Source of the DNA: Amoebidium appalachense | Lineage: Eukaryota; Protista; Ichthyosporea | Assembly: GCA_963693365.1 (NCBI GenBank) | Contig: CAVNZM010000002.1 | Location: forward strand, 3,674,259-3,738,258 | DNA length: 64,000 nucleotides | Direction of reading: 5' to 3' | Part shown: one piece after another, positions 44,868-64,000 of the stretch | How the letters are laid out: each line of letters opens with the position of its first letter | Numbering within the stretch: the first letter of the stretch is position 1 | The notes under the pieces: generated by a model | What the model saw: the letters and a program-made list of their open reading frames with translations, nothing else | Database searches by the model: none | Told to the model about the DNA's origin: nothing | Position numbers and translations under genes: made by a program

Positions 44868-45309
44868 TCATACAGTATTTGCAATAAAAATAATGAACAT
44901 CGCGGTACAAATTGCACTAGCAAGATCATAAGTGGTAGCAACAAGACCAGTTGCACCGTTAGTCTTCCGCGGCTCCAAATTCTGCATGTAAGACCTCTTC
45001 ATTGAATGATCTATCAGCAATCCCGTGTCCCTTGCCTTATTGGGAAAGTCGTCGTCTCCATACCCATGCAGCACCCTTCTTCAGTGTTGAGTTAAGGTGG
45101 ACGGGTGTTCCCCAGTGCATAAAGTCAGTCATATAGCTCGGGGGGGTGGCGGGAACCAAATCTTTCCCATAAACCAATCGGTATTTAATCACGTGACTAA
45201 GAAGAATGTGGTGGAGGCTTCTCTGGCTCTCGCAGTGTAAGTTGGTCATCTGTGTAGAGACTGTTGCTGGTGTCTCGGTGGCGCTGTGTGTGTGTGTGTG
45301 TATGTTTTT

Positions 45310-45341
<32 letters not shown>

Positions 45342-45393
45342 GGGGGAGGGAGGGAGGGGGTGGGTGGGTGGGGGGAAGGGGGGAAGGGATTGA

Positions 45394-45425
<32 letters not shown>

Positions 45426-45605
45426 TGGTGGTGGTGGTGGGGGGAGGGGGGGGGATTGAATTGTGTGTATGTGTGTGTGGGGGGGGGGGGGGGGGGGGGG
45501 GGGGGGGAGGGAGGGAGGGAGGGAGGGATTAGTAATAGTGTTGCCAGGTGTACATGTCTGCCTGTGTCTCTTTTTGTGTGTATATATTGGAATTATATAT
45601 ATATA

Positions 45606-45652
<47 letters not shown>

Positions 45653-46205
45653 CATACATACATACATATATATATATATATATGCATCATTGCATGTCAA
45701 AAAAAAAACCAAAGGGTCTAATTAGCTTCATTTGCGTCAGGCTGAACGGTAGAGGAGGGCAGAAGACTCTGACGGTGTGTGGGACCACTTCTGGAACGTC
45801 CCAACACCTACTACACATTTTCCCCCCCGGTTTTTGTTTAACTTTGTTTGTTTTTCTCCCGCTTGATTCAGTCACTAAATAAGGCTAATCGACTCGTTTC
45901 TTCACCGATCATAAAAGGTGCACGAAAACAGCTCTCACCTGCATTCTGTCCAGCGGTTGAGCGATCGAGGATCCCCAAATGTTATCACCGCCGGCTTGTT
46001 TCTTCCTTGTTGAAAGTCTGATTCCAAACTTTCTGTTTGGTTTTTGCGGCCAAATCCCCCTCCAACCTAAGTGCCATTTCGATTGCAAGAAGTGATGCAA
46101 GAGCCCCCCCGCGCGAAAATCCGGTCAAATAAACGGTAGGTATGCCCGGTTGCTCGGGAGAATTTCCGGTGGAGTTTTTATCGGAAGTAATTGTTGAGAT
46201 CAGAA
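44868..46205 (-). pseudogene. Class-3 lipase (alpha/beta hydrolase) relic with two frameshifts
   Basis: VYLTGFSRGGALASLLA (nucleophile elbow); after a frameshift PAVITFGDPR; next exon YRLVYGKDLVPATPP...FMHWGTPV; after another frameshift IDHSMKRSY (catalytic His). The 5' exons are not convincingly found. Confidence 0.72.
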
Positions 46206-46601
46206 GCCAGGGGAGGGTTAAGATGTGTGTGTGCGTGTTTTTTTTTGGGAGTGGTTGCAACATGTGTGTTGGGGGGGGGGGGGGGGGGGGGGGGGGCGGG
46301 CGAGCGTGCGTTCGTGCGTGCATGTGTATTTGTGCGCGCGCGCGCGTGTGTGTCTTTGTGTTTGTTACGTGTGAGAGCGTCTTCAAAGTTTGTCCGTGTG
46401 TGCGTGTGTCCATGTGTGCACATGTGTGCGTGCGTGTGTGCGTGAGTGCAGTACGTGTGACGTGTGTGTGTGTTTGTGTGCGTGCGTATGTGCATGTGTG
46501 CGTGAGTGCAGTACGTGTGACGTGTGTGTGTGTGCGTGTGTGCGTGTGTGCGTGTGTGTGTGCGTGTGTGCGTGTGTGCGTGTGTGTGTGTGCGTGTGTG
46601 C

Positions 46602-46683
<82 letters not shown>

Positions 46684-47858
46684 CACGTGCACGTGTCCAG
46701 CGGGAAATAGCTAATATAGAGGGTAGCTACTAGCTAGTATTGGCCGCAAATTCATTATAACATCGATTAGATTATATGTAGTAAAGTTTATAGTCCCAAA
46801 ACACTCGACCTCGTGGCTTTGTGGGCGGCCATATTGATGGCATCTCGATCGGTTGGTGATGGTATGCAGTCACATTCCTCGGTTAAATTGCTTTCTTCTT
46901 ATTGAATCAGCCCCCGTGGCATCAGACTTCTATTACATTTAACGGGCATGTTGCAGCCTACTGATTATAACAGAGTACTATCCAGTAACAGCGGGCTGGA
47001 GGTGCCCAGAAAATAAATTAAATTGAAAATAACTCCACAAAACCAATGACTGAAAAGACAGTAATATACCAAAGGCCCTCTCTACACACCGCAATTATCG
47101 TATTCTCACGGATCGACCAGCTGGGTGGAACATAGATAAAGTTGCCCACGCACAAATAGAATCACCGATTGCTCCCTACATGATAGATACGAAGTCGGGT
47201 TTTTTGCCCTGGACATTTATATACCTATTTTATATGCTTGTTTTTTGGAATTTTCAGCTGAATCCATCCCCACTGTAGGTTTTTTTTCTCGTTCTCCATT
47301 TCCTGTTGTTCTTTTTCGAGTCCATTCCTTCAAATTCCTCAACTTACCGTTAATTTTTTTTTGCGGTAGGCGATTGCAGAACATTCGCTGTGTGGAACAG
47401 AAATTCTAGAACCGAAGCTGCCCTGTCACCTGTCGTTGGCCACGGCTGGGCTTATCTGCAACAAAACAAAGCTTTATATACGGGCACCAGCTTCATTTCC
47501 ACCGCGCTTTCTCTTCTGGCGTGTACGAAACTCTAATGAGTCGGAATTCGTAAGGACCTCAAGCTTGAATTCACCTATTCGGCCCTTTGGGTACTGGAAA
47601 AACAATGCTCCGAGTAAAAAACTGTTCGTGATTTAGTACGTATACCAAGCATTTCCGGAAAGACAAGCGCCCCGAGTACCAGTATATTTTAATCCCAAAC
47701 AAAAGTAATAGCAATTCTTCTCAAGTTTACTTTCTGTATCGCACTAGCCACACGCACGACTTCATTATTGCAACACCACGGCTAGCCAGTGGGCTGGAAC
47801 ACAGCATTTATAAGGTTATCCTGTGTGGAACACGCACAGTTCGAGTCTGCAATAGAAA

Positions 47859-63674
<15,816 letters not shown>

Positions 63675-64000
63675 GTAAAACCTCCCCCTCCCACCACTCC
63701 CTCTCCCAAATCATACCCCCGCCCCCCCCCCCCCCCCCTACCCACCCACCCACCCACCCGACGGGACCCCCTCCTTTTTTTAACTTTGTCTAATTGGTTA
63801 GTTCAGTCGATGGTTGGTTTTAACCTTCTAATGCTACGCTTTTCTAAAGCATACGGAAAGTAACGCACCATGCAAAATGAATCCTGGAATATCCAATATA
63901 CGCGAAAGGTCTATGGCAGCATTTCACAATGAATCGTCCATACGACTTGGTCGGATAGTATCGGCGACGTCATAATGAATTCAGACTATACAATTAGATT

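Overview
Intron-rich eukaryotic DNA (GT-AG introns packed with poly(C)/poly(G), (CA)n and (CT)n tracts; gene content suggests an opisthokont, possibly a unicellular holozoan, but that is inference). Almost all ORFs in the six-frame track are low-complexity artefacts. By splicing exons manually I find four genes: ANKZF1/Vms1 (-, 623-14336), carnitine palmitoyltransferase 1 (-, 15501-29320), an SLC38/AVT-type amino-acid transporter (+, 38143-42670) and a large secreted EGF/Cys-rich modular protein (+, 47859 to beyond the window end), plus a frameshifted class-3 lipase relic (-). The main discovery is a poly(C)-targeting Penelope-like retroelement system. A 5'-truncated copy (22545-25919) encodes a reverse transcriptase of the Naiad/Chlamys type and has a ~2 kb structured 3' region. 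Shorter copies and a 453-bp non-autonomous tandem derivative are also present. All the young copies share a ~155-nt RNA domain with compensatory base changes and a pseudoknot that does not match a canonical hammerhead, so it is a candidate new ribozyme or RT-recognition RNA. Also present: a long inverted duplication, a MITE-like element, minisatellites and homogenised tandem exon pairs.
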